Positions 38,603-47,080 of a stretch of DNA of 64,000 bases are shown here, piece after piece. The notes below the pieces were generated by a model. The model saw only the letters and a program-made list of their open reading frames with translations. It made no database searches and was not told the DNA's origin. A program made the position numbers and the translations under genes. This DNA comes from Bacteroidota bacterium. GTDB lineage: Bacteria > Bacteroidota > Bacteroidia > 2-12-FULL-35-15. The first letter of the stretch is position 1, and every line of letters begins with the position of its first letter. Location: contig CANJYB010000013.1 of assembly GCA_947479085.1 (NCBI GenBank), positions 36,632 through 100,631 on the forward strand, read 5' to 3'.

Positions 38603-40072
38603 TTAATTTCCTAAAGAGTAAACAGCAAAATTAACATCATTATAAACAGTTTTAAAGGATTTTGATAAATCAACCAATGGTAGATTATTTTTATCTATAA
38701 ATACATATTTACATCCTTGCAATTTTATCGAATCTATTGTTGTTAAGTTTGAAATGTCTGAGTTAGACAAACTCCACCCCCTGCGGTTCAAAAAATACAT
38801 CACCTGTGGACTCTTATCTCCATTAATTGCAACTAAATCATTTTTAGCTGTTACTTTGTTTGCAACGGGTTCCATTTCCAGCTTGTATTTTTCCGAATCC
38901 CTTATCCTGAAATCATCCTGTTGGTTTAGTAAACCTTCAATCAATATAACTGTAATTAATACAATTCTTATTCTAACTTTCTTTATCTGTATAATTGCAA
39001 ATCCTGTTATTAAGGCCATTATTGGTACGTATGGGATAATGTAATAACTATGTGTAGAAAAAACATAACCGGTTTTGCACATAAAGAGAAAGAAAATACC
39101 GGAAGCAATTACAAAAACTAAAACAAGAACTTTCTGTTTTTCTCTTATCATAAAATAAAGTCCTGCCAGGAACAAACCAAACGCAACAAAACTCTCTAAA
39201 GCAATAAAGTAAAACTTTTCAAATGTATCCGTAGCATAATTTATTAAATCCTTAAATCCTTCTAACAAACCTCTTGGAAAGTAAAGCTGAACCTTGTAAG
39301 TGGCCAGCAGATAGGGATCCCAATAGAAATACCAAATGCACATCACCAATAAAACAAACAAACCTCCTGCGGAAATGTATATTTTGTTCTTAACGGGTAT
39401 TGTTTTATCAAACATTGGAATAGCCATTACGCTTAATAAATACACAGCAGGTATTTTGCACAAAACAGCTAACGAAGAAAGAATAATAAATAATAAAAGA
39501 TGTACACGTTTGTTTTCATATAAATAGATCAATCCATAGTATATGCCAATAATAACAACAGAAATACAAAACGTATCAGGCATCGATTTCCTGCTGTGTG
39601 CAAACCAAAGGGAGGACAATAGAATAAGTACAGCATAAAATGCTAAAGATTCAGAAAAGAAACGTTTGATTATTTTATAAAAATAAAATATTCCAATGGA
39701 TGAAATTACTAGATTTATTAGTCGACCGTACCAATGAGCATAACCAAATATCTTCGCTATTATGTAGATTAAATAATTAAACATCGGAAATTCAGTTGCC
39801 ATTATTCCTGGTTTATTTCCATTTACATCAATTCGTGGATATAGAATATTATTATCAATTTGAAGGAAATTTCGTGCAATCATATTGGTCAGCGATTGTC
39901 TCCAGTTATGTCCCATTTCAAGGGGAGCATTGGTTATTCCATATAGGCGAAGAGTAAAAAAGAGCAGAATCCAGAAACGAATATCATTCAGCCAGTTTTC
40001 CTTTACATAAATTAACTTTTGTTTAAAATCCTTTCTCATCTCTTTCGGCAAAGCTAAAAACAATTCTAGCAA
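38603..40072 (-). CDS. GT-C fold (ArnT/PMT-like) membrane glycosyltransferase
   Basis: 489 aa, more than 10 TM segments, and a soluble C-terminal domain. The start is uncertain: TTG at 40072 or ATG at 40039. Confidence 0.45.
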   Translation of the reverse strand: MLELFLALPKEMRKDFKQKLIYVKENWLNDIRFWILLFFTLRLYGITNAPLEMGHNWRQSLTNMIARNFLQIDNNILYPRIDVNGNKPGIMATEFPMFNYLIYIIAKIFGYAHWYGRLINLVISSIGIFYFYKIIKRFFSESLAFYAVLILLSSLWFAHSRKSMPDTFCISVVIIGIYYGLIYLYENKRVHLLLFIILSSLAVLCKIPAVYLLSVMAIPMFDKTIPVKNKIYISAGGLFVLLVMCIWYFYWDPYLLATYKVQLYFPRGLLEGFKDLINYATDTFEKFYFIALESFVAFGLFLAGLYFMIREKQKVLVLVFVIASGIFFLFMCKTGYVFSTHSYYIIPYVPIMALITGFAIIQIKKVRIRIVLITVILIEGLLNQQDDFRIRDSEKYKLEMEPVANKVTAKNDLVAINGDKSPQVMYFLNRRGWSLSNSDISNLTTIDSIKLQGCKYVFIDKNNLPLVDLSKSFKTVYNDVNFAVYSLGN

Positions 40073-40204
40073 AACTATTTATTCCGGTACATATTATTTA
40101 TCATTACTTTCGCTTCTGTTGAAATTCATTTATGTCCAAAAGAATAAACTGTATTTTTTAATCTTTATTGCCTGTATTGGTTTTTCTTATTAAGAATTAT
40201 AATA

Positions 40205-41884
40205 ATGCCCAAATCCTCAAAAATAATCTTCATCATCATTTCCATTGCCTGGTTTCTGTTAAGCAGCAATCAGAAAAACTGGTCGCGAGACCAGGTAAAG
40301 TCTGATGTAGTAAGTTATTACAGTTATCTCCCTGCTGTATTTATTGATGGTGATATTACCTTAGGTTTTCTTAATGTCCCGAATGCTCAATGGAAGGGCA
40401 GGTATTGGGCAGCAACCACTCCAAATGGAAAACACATAATAAAAACAACCATGGGGGCAAGCGTTATGTATCTTCCATTTTTTCTCATCGCCCATTATGT
40501 GGTAGCACCTTTGGGTGGCTACGTTCGCAATGGATATACCGAGGCATATCAGGCTTGTCTTGCTTTTGGCAGTTTCATTTATCTTCTTTTAGGCTTGCTT
40601 TTCCTGCGAAAAACACTCTTACTCTTTTATACCGAAAAAATAGCAATGACTGTTATTATATCAATATATTTTGGTACTAATCTTTTGTGGTATTCCTATG
40701 GCGAAGCTTTAATGGCGCACGAATACATATTTTGCCTCGTTTCATTGATGATTTATTTTACCATAAAATGGTACGAAGCTCCAACCGTTAAATATTCCAT
40801 CTTCCTTGCCTTAGCTTGCGGAATGATAATATTAGTTCGCCCGGGCGATTTATTACTTTGTTTGTTTCCATTGTTATATGGACAATTAAATAAAGATTAT
40901 CTCCGTCAAAAACTAACGATACTGAAACAGCAATGGCCTAAAATAGTTTTAATTGTTTCTATCGTTCTTATCATCCAACTTCCTCAATTAGTATATTGGA
41001 AAGTAATCACAGGTCAATGGCTTTATAATTCATATACTGGCGAAAACTTCTATTGGAACCATCCTCACATTATCGAAGGTCTTTTTGGATACAGAAAAGG
41101 CTGGCTGCTTTATACGCCAATGATGGCATTTACAGTAATTGGTTTTTTCTTTATTAAAAACAAAGCAAAAAATTTCACACCCTTTTTTCTAATAATCATA
41201 CCCCTGTTTCTGTATATTTTATTTTGTTGGTGGAGTTGGTGGTACGGAGGTTCGTTTGGCATGCGTCCGCTTATCGATATGTATCCCATTTTCGCAATTC
41301 CCATGGGCGCCTCCTTTGCATTTTTAATGAGTAAATCTTTTACAAAAATGATTACAATTTCTTTAATAATATTTTTTATAGCTTTAAATATGCTCCAAAC
41401 CTACCAGTACAACAATTTTATACTCCATTACGATTCAATGACCCGTGAATCTTACTGGCAAATTTTCGGAAAAGTAGAAAAGCCAGACCATTGGTGGGAA
41501 AAATTACATTTCCCAGATGCCGTCCGTTCCGTAAAAGGATTACCGGAAACATACACTAAGGAAGAACTATTTTCAGGTACCTATATTCTCCGAACGGAAA
41601 AAAACAAACTAATTGCCACCGACACAACCAACATCATTGAAATCGAAAATTACGATTGGAATGTATCGGAACATTTCAAATTTATCCTTTCAAAAGAGAA
41701 TAAAATTATACTTCTTGCACCCAACAAAAAATACGTCACAATAACCCCTGAAAACAAATTGTTGGCCAATACTGCATCCGCTGAGAATGCCACCGGGTTT
41801 GATTTAACCCTTATAAACGATAACAAAATCCAATTAACTTACGGAAATTATAAAAAAATGTTCCGGGTTTATATGAGTCAATAA
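40205..41884 (+). CDS. polytopic membrane protein, probable GT-C glycosyltransferase
   Basis: 559 aa with about 12 TM segments followed by a soluble ~150-aa C-terminal domain. Divergent from 38603..40072. Confidence 0.35.
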   Translation: MPKSSKIIFIIISIAWFLLSSNQKNWSRDQVKSDVVSYYSYLPAVFIDGDITLGFLNVPNAQWKGRYWAATTPNGKHIIKTTMGASVMYLPFFLIAHYVVAPLGGYVRNGYTEAYQACLAFGSFIYLLLGLLFLRKTLLLFYTEKIAMTVIISIYFGTNLLWYSYGEALMAHEYIFCLVSLMIYFTIKWYEAPTVKYSIFLALACGMIILVRPGDLLLCLFPLLYGQLNKDYLRQKLTILKQQWPKIVLIVSIVLIIQLPQLVYWKVITGQWLYNSYTGENFYWNHPHIIEGLFGYRKGWLLYTPMMAFTVIGFFFIKNKAKNFTPFFLIIIPLFLYILFCWWSWWYGGSFGMRPLIDMYPIFAIPMGASFAFLMSKSFTKMITISLIIFFIALNMLQTYQYNNFILHYDSMTRESYWQIFGKVEKPDHWWEKLHFPDAVRSVKGLPETYTKEELFSGTYILRTEKNKLIATDTTNIIEIENYDWNVSEHFKFILSKENKIILLAPNKKYVTITPENKLLANTASAENATGFDLTLINDNKIQLTYGNYKKMFRVYMSQ

Positions 41885-41971
41885 AAGGAAACGATACCAC
41901 CAAAACTTCCCCATTAGCATTTAATTCATTGTTTATCAGTACTTTTATTCACTTTTCACCTTTCTATAGAC

Positions 41972-42113
41972 GGTTACCCCCCATACCATAAACCATTACC
42001 CCCCATACCATAAACCATTACCCCCATACCGTAAACCATTTCCCCCCATACCATAAACCATTACCCCCTTACCGTAAACCATTTCCCCCCATACCTTAAA
42101 CCATTACCCCTCC
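41972..42113. repeat. tandem array: about 6.5 x 21-22 bp, C5-6 tract per unit (G-tracts on the minus strand)
   Basis: Unit is CATTACCCCCCATACCATAAAC. Starts are 41972, 41994, 42016, 42037, 42059, 42080 and 42102. C-runs are 6, 6, 5, 6, 5, 6 and 4. Confidence 0.9.
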
Positions 42114-42256
42114 TTCATATTTTGTAACCCTATCTACTATAAACAGTAATTTTATCATAAACACATCTTCACCCTTATTCCTTATTACAATCAATTCCGC
42201 CAACTTTACAATTCATTTCCTTAAAATTGACAACCCCATCATGCAAAATACTTCGA

Positions 42257-42625
42257 GCATTTTAATCCTAATTGGCGAAGCCAATCAAAATCTTATTTTA
42301 TCCTAAATAATCATATAAAATCCGCGTTCCCATCATACCCAACTTTCATCCGTCATCCAACACGAGTCATCGGTCAAAAGGTTTCGGGCATCCTTAATCC
42401 TAATTGGCGAAGCCAATCAAAATCTTATTTTATCCTAAATAATCATATAAAATCCGTGTTCCCATCATACCCAACTTTCATCCGTCATCCAACATGAGTC
42501 ATTCTTCAAATGGTTTCGGGCATCCTTAATCCTAATTGGCGAAGCCAATCAAAATCTTATTTTATCCTAAATAATCATATAAAATCCGCGTTCCCATCAT
42601 ACCCCAACTTTCATCCGACCACCCA
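42257..42625. repeat. tandem repeat: about 2.8 x 132 bp immediately upstream of mutS
   Basis: TAATCCTAATTGGCGAAGCCAATCAAAATC... recurs at 42263, 42395 and 42527. Each unit carries the ATTGGC-GAA-GCCAAT hairpin. Confidence 0.9.
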
Positions 42626-42682
42626 ATAACTTGTTAAAAACTTTCCCCTCCCCATCTTCAACCCTTTTGTATTTTTACCACC

Positions 42683-45397
42683 ATGGCAATGAAAAACCGC
42701 AGCATGATTAAAAGCGCAACATCCGAGGTGGAAACACCCCTGATGAAGCAGTACAACACAATTAAAGGAAAATACCCGGATGCCTTGCTGCTCTTTCGTG
42801 TAGGCGATTTTTACGAAACATTTGGTGCAGATGCAGTTAAAACAGCCAATATCCTGGGTATTGTGCTTACCAAGCGTGCCAACGGCTCAGCAGCTTATAT
42901 CGAACTGGCAGGTTTTCCTCACCATTCATTAGATTCCTATCTTCCAAAACTAGTTCGTGCCGGTCAACGCGTTGCCATCTGCGACCAATTGGAAGATCCT
43001 AAACTAACCAAAACAATAGTAAAAAGGGGAGTAACCGAATTAATCACTCCGGGAGTATCTTATAATGACAAGGTTTTTGATAATAAATCCAATAATTTTC
43101 TTGCATCTGTTTACATCCCCTCTAGAGAGGGGGCAGGGGGTGTGTCAGAAAATTCCGGTATTTCCTTCCTCGATGTATCCACCGGTGAATTTTTTGTTGC
43201 TCAGGGAAACCTCGAATACATTGACAAATTGCTACAAAGTTTTCGCCCCAACGAAGTATTGTTCCAGAAAAACAAAAAGAAAGCCTTTGTAGAAAATTTC
43301 GGAGAAAAGTTTTACATCTATGGAATAGACGATTGGGCCTTTGCTTCCGACTTTGGCACCAACACTTTATTAAAACATTTTGAAGTCAATTCCTTAAAAG
43401 GTTTTGGTATCGAAAGCATGGAAGCCGGCATTATTGCTGCTGGTGCAGCGTTGCATTACCTTGCCGAAACTGCCCACGATAAGGTAAAACACATTTCCAC
43501 CATCTCCCGTATTGAAGAAGAAAAACACGTATGGCTCGACAGGTTTACCATTCGTAACCTCGAATTATTCGGGTCTTATAACGAAAATGCCAAAACATTA
43601 ATAGATGTCATCGATCAGACCGTTTCTCCTATGGGCGGAAGAATGATGAAACGATGGCTCGCTTTGCCTTTAAAAGACAAAGCTCCCATTGAAGAAAGGT
43701 TGGACATAGTGGATTATTTTTTATCCAAACAGGAATTTACAGAAACCATTGTTGAGCAGATTTCGTTGATTGGCGATTTGGAGCGCATCATCTCCAAAGT
43801 AGCCACTGCCCGTATTTCTCCAAAAGAAGTAGTACAACTAAAACGGGCATTGACTGCAATAGAACCTATTAAAACGGCCTGCGAAAATTCGAATAATAAA
43901 TCATTGCAGAAAATTGCTGAACAGCTTAATCCCTGCAAATCGGTTATCGAGCGCATCGAAAAGGAAATGATGCCCGACCCTCCTTACCTTGTTAATAAAG
44001 GAAATGTAATTGCCAATGGGGTAAATGAAGAACTGGATGAATTAAGAAGAATCTCCGGTTCTGGAAAGGATTTTTTATTGCAAATACAGCAACGCGAATT
44101 AGAACGGACTGGTATTACTTCGCTCAAAGTAGCTTTTAATAATGTGTTTGGCTATTATCTCGAAGTTACCAATTCGCATAAAAGCAAAGTGCCTGCCGAT
44201 TGGATGCGCAAGCAAACCCTCAGCAATGCCGAACGTTACATTACTCCTGAATTGAAGGAATACGAAGAAAAAATATTAGGTGCCGAAGAAAAAATACTGG
44301 CATGGGAAGTAAAATTGTTTTCCGAACTGGTTATTTCCTTAATGGATTTTATTCCTGTCATCCAGTTGAATGCCTCCTTAATTGCCCGTTTGGATTGTCT
44401 GCTTTCATTTGCCACCATTGCACAAAAAAACAATTATGTTCGTCCGCATATTCTGGAAAACGATACACTGGATATAAAAGACGGTCGCCACCCGGTTATT
44501 GAAAAGCAATTGCCAATAGGAGAGGAGTACATTGCCAACGATGTGTATCTTGATAATGAAAAGCAACAAATCATCATTATCACCGGACCCAACATGTCCG
44601 GTAAATCTGCTTTGTTGCGCCAAACCGCATTAATTGTTTTGATGGCACAGATGGGAAGTTTTGTTCCTGCAAAGCATGCTAACCTGGGTTTGGTTGATAA
44701 AGTATTTACGAGGGTAGGAGCGTCCGATAATATTTCTTCAGGCGAATCTACATTTATGGTAGAGATGAACGAAACAGCAAGCATCCTGAATAATCTTTCG
44801 AACCGAAGTTTAATTTTGCTGGATGAAATAGGTCGCGGAACGAGCACTTATGACGGTATTTCCATAGCCTGGGCTATTGCCGAATACATCCATCAAAATC
44901 AATCACGAGCAAAAACATTATTTGCCACCCATTATCATGAGTTAAACGAGATGACCAACTCCATGCCGAGAATAAAGAACTTTAATGTTTCTGTAAAAGA
45001 AGTTGGCAATAAAGTATTGTTCATGCGTAAACTGGTGGCTGGTGGCAGCGAACATAGTTTTGGTATTCATGTGGCCAAGATGGCTGGTATGCCAAGAAAA
45101 GTTTTGGACAGAGCAAACGAAATTTTAATTCAACTTGAAAAAACAAAAGATTCTGGAGGAAGACAAGAGCTGGGCACTAATAACCAACAACCAACAACTA
45201 ATCATAAAGAGGGTTGGAAACCTGCGACAGAAAGCAAACAACAAACAATTGATAATGTTCAACTAAGTTTCTTTCAACTGAATGATCCGGTATTAGAAAA
45301 TATAAAAGAGGAATTACAAAAAACAGATATTAATACATTAACCCCGGTGGAAGCGTTAATGAAATTAAACGAAATTAAAAAAATGATAGGCGGTTAA
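42683..45397 (+). CDS. mutS: DNA mismatch repair protein MutS
   Basis: TPLMKQY...FRVGDFYE, Walker [30 protein letters not shown]. Confidence 0.95.
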   Translation: MAMKNRSMIKSATSEVETPLMKQYNTIKGKYPDALLLFRVGDFYETFGADAVKTANILGIVLTKRANGSAAYIELAGFPHHSLDSYLPKLVRAGQRVAICDQLEDPKLTKTIVKRGVTELITPGVSYNDKVFDNKSNNFLASVYIPSREGAGGVSENSGISFLDVSTGEFFVAQGNLEYIDKLLQSFRPNEVLFQKNKKKAFVENFGEKFYIYGIDDWAFASDFGTNTLLKHFEVNSLKGFGIESMEAGIIAAGAALHYLAETAHDKVKHISTISRIEEEKHVWLDRFTIRNLELFGSYNENAKTLIDVIDQTVSPMGGRMMKRWLALPLKDKAPIEERLDIVDYFLSKQEFTETIVEQISLIGDLERIISKVATARISPKEVVQLKRALTAIEPIKTACENSNNKSLQKIAEQLNPCKSVIERIEKEMMPDPPYLVNKGNVIANGVNEELDELRRISGSGKDFLLQIQQRELERTGITSLKVAFNNVFGYYLEVTNSHKSKVPADWMRKQTLSNAERYITPELKEYEEKILGAEEKILAWEVKLFSELVISLMDFIPVIQLNASLIARLDCLLSFATIAQKNNYVRPHILENDTLDIKDGRHPVIEKQLPIGEEYIANDVYLDNEKQQIIIITGPNMSGKSALLRQTALIVLMAQMGSFVPAKHANLGLVDKVFTRVGASDNISSGESTFMVEMNETASILNNLSNRSLILLDEIGRGTSTYDGISIAWAIAEYIHQNQSRAKTLFATHYHELNEMTNSMPRIKNFNVSVKEVGNKVLFMRKLVAGGSEHSFGIHVAKMAGMPRKVLDRANEILIQLEKTKDSGGRQELGTNNQQPTTNHKEGWKPATESKQQTIDNVQLSFFQLNDPVLENIKEELQKTDINTLTPVEALMKLNEIKKMIGG
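43115..43146. repeat. GC-rich CCCCTCT-AG-AGAGGGG hairpin motif embedded in frame in mutS
   Basis: CATCCCCTCTAGAGAGGGGGCAGGGGGTGTG encodes (I)PSREGAGGV. It shares the CATCCCCTCT...AGAGGGG arms with the hairpin at 31172..31202. Confidence 0.7.
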
Positions 45398-45756
45398 ATC
45401 CCTTCAAATTGGGGTTCCCAGGCAAAGTATAATTCTTTCAGGTATTTATTTTCTTCCACTGTCAGCTTTTTATCAGCCATTACAGTTTTTACTGCATAGT
45501 TAAGAAAATCAATACGTTCCTGCTCATTCGAGTCTTCATAAAAATCATTCATTGCATTATTAAAATGTAAAAAATAATCTTCTTTCGGAAGAGCGCTTAA
45601 TACCTCCATTTCGTTATCAAGGTTGAAACGGATAGGAAACGCATCTTTCAGATAGTTGGCTATTACTAAGCCTTCAGACGGGTCGAATTCCCCATCTACC
45701 TGCGACAGTATAACCAACATGTGGTAGCCTGCCATTACTTTGTTTAGTTTTATCAT
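45394..45756 (-). CDS. hypothetical protein (possibly TerB-like fold)
   Basis: 120-aa ORF convergent with mutS, with a 4-nt overlap of the stops. I see no diagnostic motif. Confidence 0.4.
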   Translation of the reverse strand: MIKLNKVMAGYHMLVILSQVDGEFDPSEGLVIANYLKDAFPIRFNLDNEMEVLSALPKEDYFLHFNNAMNDFYEDSNEQERIDFLNYAVKTVMADKKLTVEENKYLKELYFAWEPQFEGI

Positions 45757-45855
45757 TGATGGAATTTTAATTGATAGGATAAATGTACAAACTTTAAATT
45801 AAATAACAACATGATTTTTATCAACTATTAAATTATAGGAATTATTACAAATAAT

Positions 45856-45885
45856 TTTGTCGGTTTGAAAATTTACTTACTTTTG
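45856..45885 (+). promoter_or_regulatory. Bacteroidota sigma-A type promoter for tRNA-Gly (-33 TTTG, -7 TACTTTTG)
   Basis: TTTG at 45856-45859, an 18-nt spacer, then TACTTTTG at 45878-45885. The tRNA starts at 45901. Confidence 0.5.
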
Positions 45886-45900
45886 CAATCCGAAATTTAA

Positions 45901-45973
45901 GCGAAAGTAGCTCAGTTGGTAGAGCGCGACCTTGCCAAGGTCGAGGTCGCGGGTTCGAACCCCGTCTTTCGCT
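45901..45973 (+). tRNA. tRNA-Gly (anticodon GCC)
   Basis: Hand-folded cloverleaf: GCGAAAG/CTTTCGC acceptor, GCTC..GAGC D arm, CGACC-TTGCCAA-GGTCG anticodon arm, GCGGG-TTCGAAC-CCCGT T arm. CCA is encoded after discriminator T. Confidence 0.9.
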
Positions 45974-45983
45974 CCAAGAGAAG

Positions 45984-46013
45984 TCCTTCTCTTTAAAGAG
46001 AGGGATTTTTTTT
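45984..46013 (+). terminator. terminator after tRNA-Gly
   Basis: TCCTTCTCT-TTAA-AGAGAGGGA with one mismatch, followed by T8. Confidence 0.65.
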
Positions 46014-46052
46014 GATAGTTAAAATGCCGTGTGGACAAGTTGTCCATTAAAT

Positions 46053-46137
46053 GCCCAGGTGGTGGAATTGGTAGACACGCAGGACTTAAAATCCTGTATT
46101 CATTGCGAATGTATCGGTTCAAGTCCGATCCCGGGTA
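46053..46137 (+). tRNA. tRNA-Leu (anticodon TAA)
   Basis: Type II tRNA. It has a CAGGA-CTTAAAA-TCCTG anticodon arm, a long variable arm (ATTC-ATTGC-GAAT) and an ATCGG-TTCAAGT-CCGAT T arm. The acceptor has one A x C mismatch (5-68) and G1-U72. CCA is encoded. Confidence 0.85.
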
Positions 46138-46140
46138 CCA

Positions 46141-46178
46141 AGAGAGACAAACTAAAAAGTTTGTCTCTCTTTTTTTTT
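46141..46178 (+). terminator. terminator after tRNA-Leu
   Basis: AGAGAGACAAAC-TAAAAA-GTTTGTCTCTCT, a 12-bp stem, followed by T8. Confidence 0.85.
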
Positions 46179-46186
46179 GAAGTATA

Positions 46187-46241
46187 CAGTATAGAATTTT
46201 TTAGCAGAAAAGGAGTAAATAATGTAAACAACAAATTCCAT
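46187..46241 (-). pseudogene. 5' fragment (about 18 codons) of a second GIY-YIG gene copy
   Basis: The minus strand from ATG at 46241 reads MEFVVYIIYSFSAKKFYT. The intact gene at 46654 reads MEFVVYILYSFTAKKFYT. Similarity stops at about 46187, next to the tRNA-Leu terminator. Confidence 0.75.
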
Positions 46242-46255
46242 CAAAGTTGTTTAAA

Positions 46256-46280
46256 TAAAAAAGCCCCAATGGGGCTTTTT
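46256..46280 (-). terminator. hairpin AAAAGCCCC-AAT-GGGGCTTTT (copy of 46671..46697)
   Basis: GC stem flanked by A/T runs. It occupies the same position relative to the tRNA-like sequence as the other copy does. Confidence 0.55.
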
Positions 46281-46283
46281 ATT

Positions 46284-46360
46284 TAGCGAAAAGGGGAGTT
46301 GACAGGCTGTCCGCCCAGGCGGATATGAATAGTGCCTTCAAACATCTGAGCTACTTCGCC
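46284..46360 (-). pseudogene. degenerate tRNA(CAT)-like sequence (copy A)
   Basis: It keeps GGCGAAGTAGCTCAGATG at the 5' end and TCAACTCCCCTTTTCGCTA at the 3' end. The D-stem 3' strand, anticodon stem and T-stem 5' strand are replaced (..TTTGAAGGCACTATTCATATCCGCCTGGGCGGACAGCCTG..). I cannot fold a cloverleaf. Confidence 0.6.
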
Positions 46361-46366
46361 ATATTA

Positions 46367-46654
46367 TTATAGTTGAAAGCTTTCCTCCTTATCAGAAACA
46401 AATCCATTAATTTCTGAAAAATGAGAATTAATCCATATTCTCGCATTCCCTGTTTTTAGATATTTTTCTCTTGCCAAAGCATCATTTTTAGAATCGAAGA
46501 ATTCCACATGAATGACTTTCCAAGGTCTGAATCGGCAGGTAAAACCTTTGTTTCCGTTATTATGCCAGAAAAAACGTTGAATTAAATTGGAAGAATATCC
46601 GGTATAGAATTTTTTAGCAGTAAATGAGTATAATATGTAAACAACAAATTCCAT
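46367..46654 (-). CDS. GIY-YIG nuclease family protein (small, UPF0213-like)
   Basis: 95 aa. Contains VYILYS....FYTGYSSNL..R...HN and EKYLK. Confidence 0.8.
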   Translation of the reverse strand: MEFVVYILYSFTAKKFYTGYSSNLIQRFFWHNNGNKGFTCRFRPWKVIHVEFFDSKNDALAREKYLKTGNARIWINSHFSEINGFVSDKEESFQL

Positions 46655-46670
46655 CGAAGTTATTTAAATA

Positions 46671-46697
46671 AAAAAAGCCCCATGGGGCCTTTTTTGT
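46671..46697 (-). terminator. terminator after tRNA(CAT)
   Basis: Palindromic GCCCCATGGGGC core flanked by A7 and T6. Confidence 0.6.
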
Positions 46698-46698
46698 G

Positions 46699-46772
46699 TA
46701 GCGAAAAGGGGAGTTGAACCCCTGACCTCAGGGTTATGAATCCTGCGCTCTAACCATCTGAGCTACCTCGCC
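46699..46772 (-). tRNA. tRNA with anticodon CAT (Met or Ile2; initiator-like CCC at 39-41), with atypical pairings
   Basis: The minus strand folds as GGCGAGG TA GCTC AGATGGTTA GAGC G CAGGA TTCATAA CCCTG AGGTC AGGGG TTCAACT CCCCT TTTCGCT A, a canonical 74-nt cloverleaf. However, the acceptor has three G-U pairs including 1-72, and 31-39 is A x C. Confidence 0.65.
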
Positions 46773-46787
46773 ATATTATTATTTTAG

Positions 46788-46850
46788 TAGAACCCCTGTC
46801 CGCCCAGGCGGATATGAATCCTGCGCTCTCACCATCTGAGCTACCTCGCC
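46788..46850 (-). pseudogene. truncated tRNA(CAT)-like sequence (copy C)
   Basis: The 5' half GGCGAGGTAGCTCAGATGGTGAGAGCGCAGGATTCATA differs from copy B at a single base. The sequence then diverges to TCCGCCTGGGCGGACAGGGGTTC. No acceptor 3' strand is present. Confidence 0.6.
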
Positions 46851-47080
46851 ATGTTTATTGGTCTCATAAAGACCAATCTCAAAATAAAACCTTCTGATAA
46901 ACAATATTTTAAGGCTCAGAAGAGCTGATTAACATTGGTTTTTAAATTTTGAGGGCGCAAATATACAGTTTATATTTTCATATATAAAAATGGTTTTTAA
47001 TAAATATTATCTATTTTATCGGGGAAGTGATACAATTTTTTATATATATTGCGTCACAATTGTTTTAATACGTAATTAAA

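Noticed and set aside
45877-46286. ORFs 45877..46122 (-) and 46029..46286 (+)
   Set aside because: They overlap tRNA-Gly, tRNA-Leu and their terminators, so they are chance ORFs.
45901-46850. Integrative element or genomic island inserted at the tRNA cluster
   Set aside because: There is no integrase or recombinase, and no direct repeat of a tRNA 3' end bounds a cargo region. The only mobile-type gene is the small GIY-YIG ORF.
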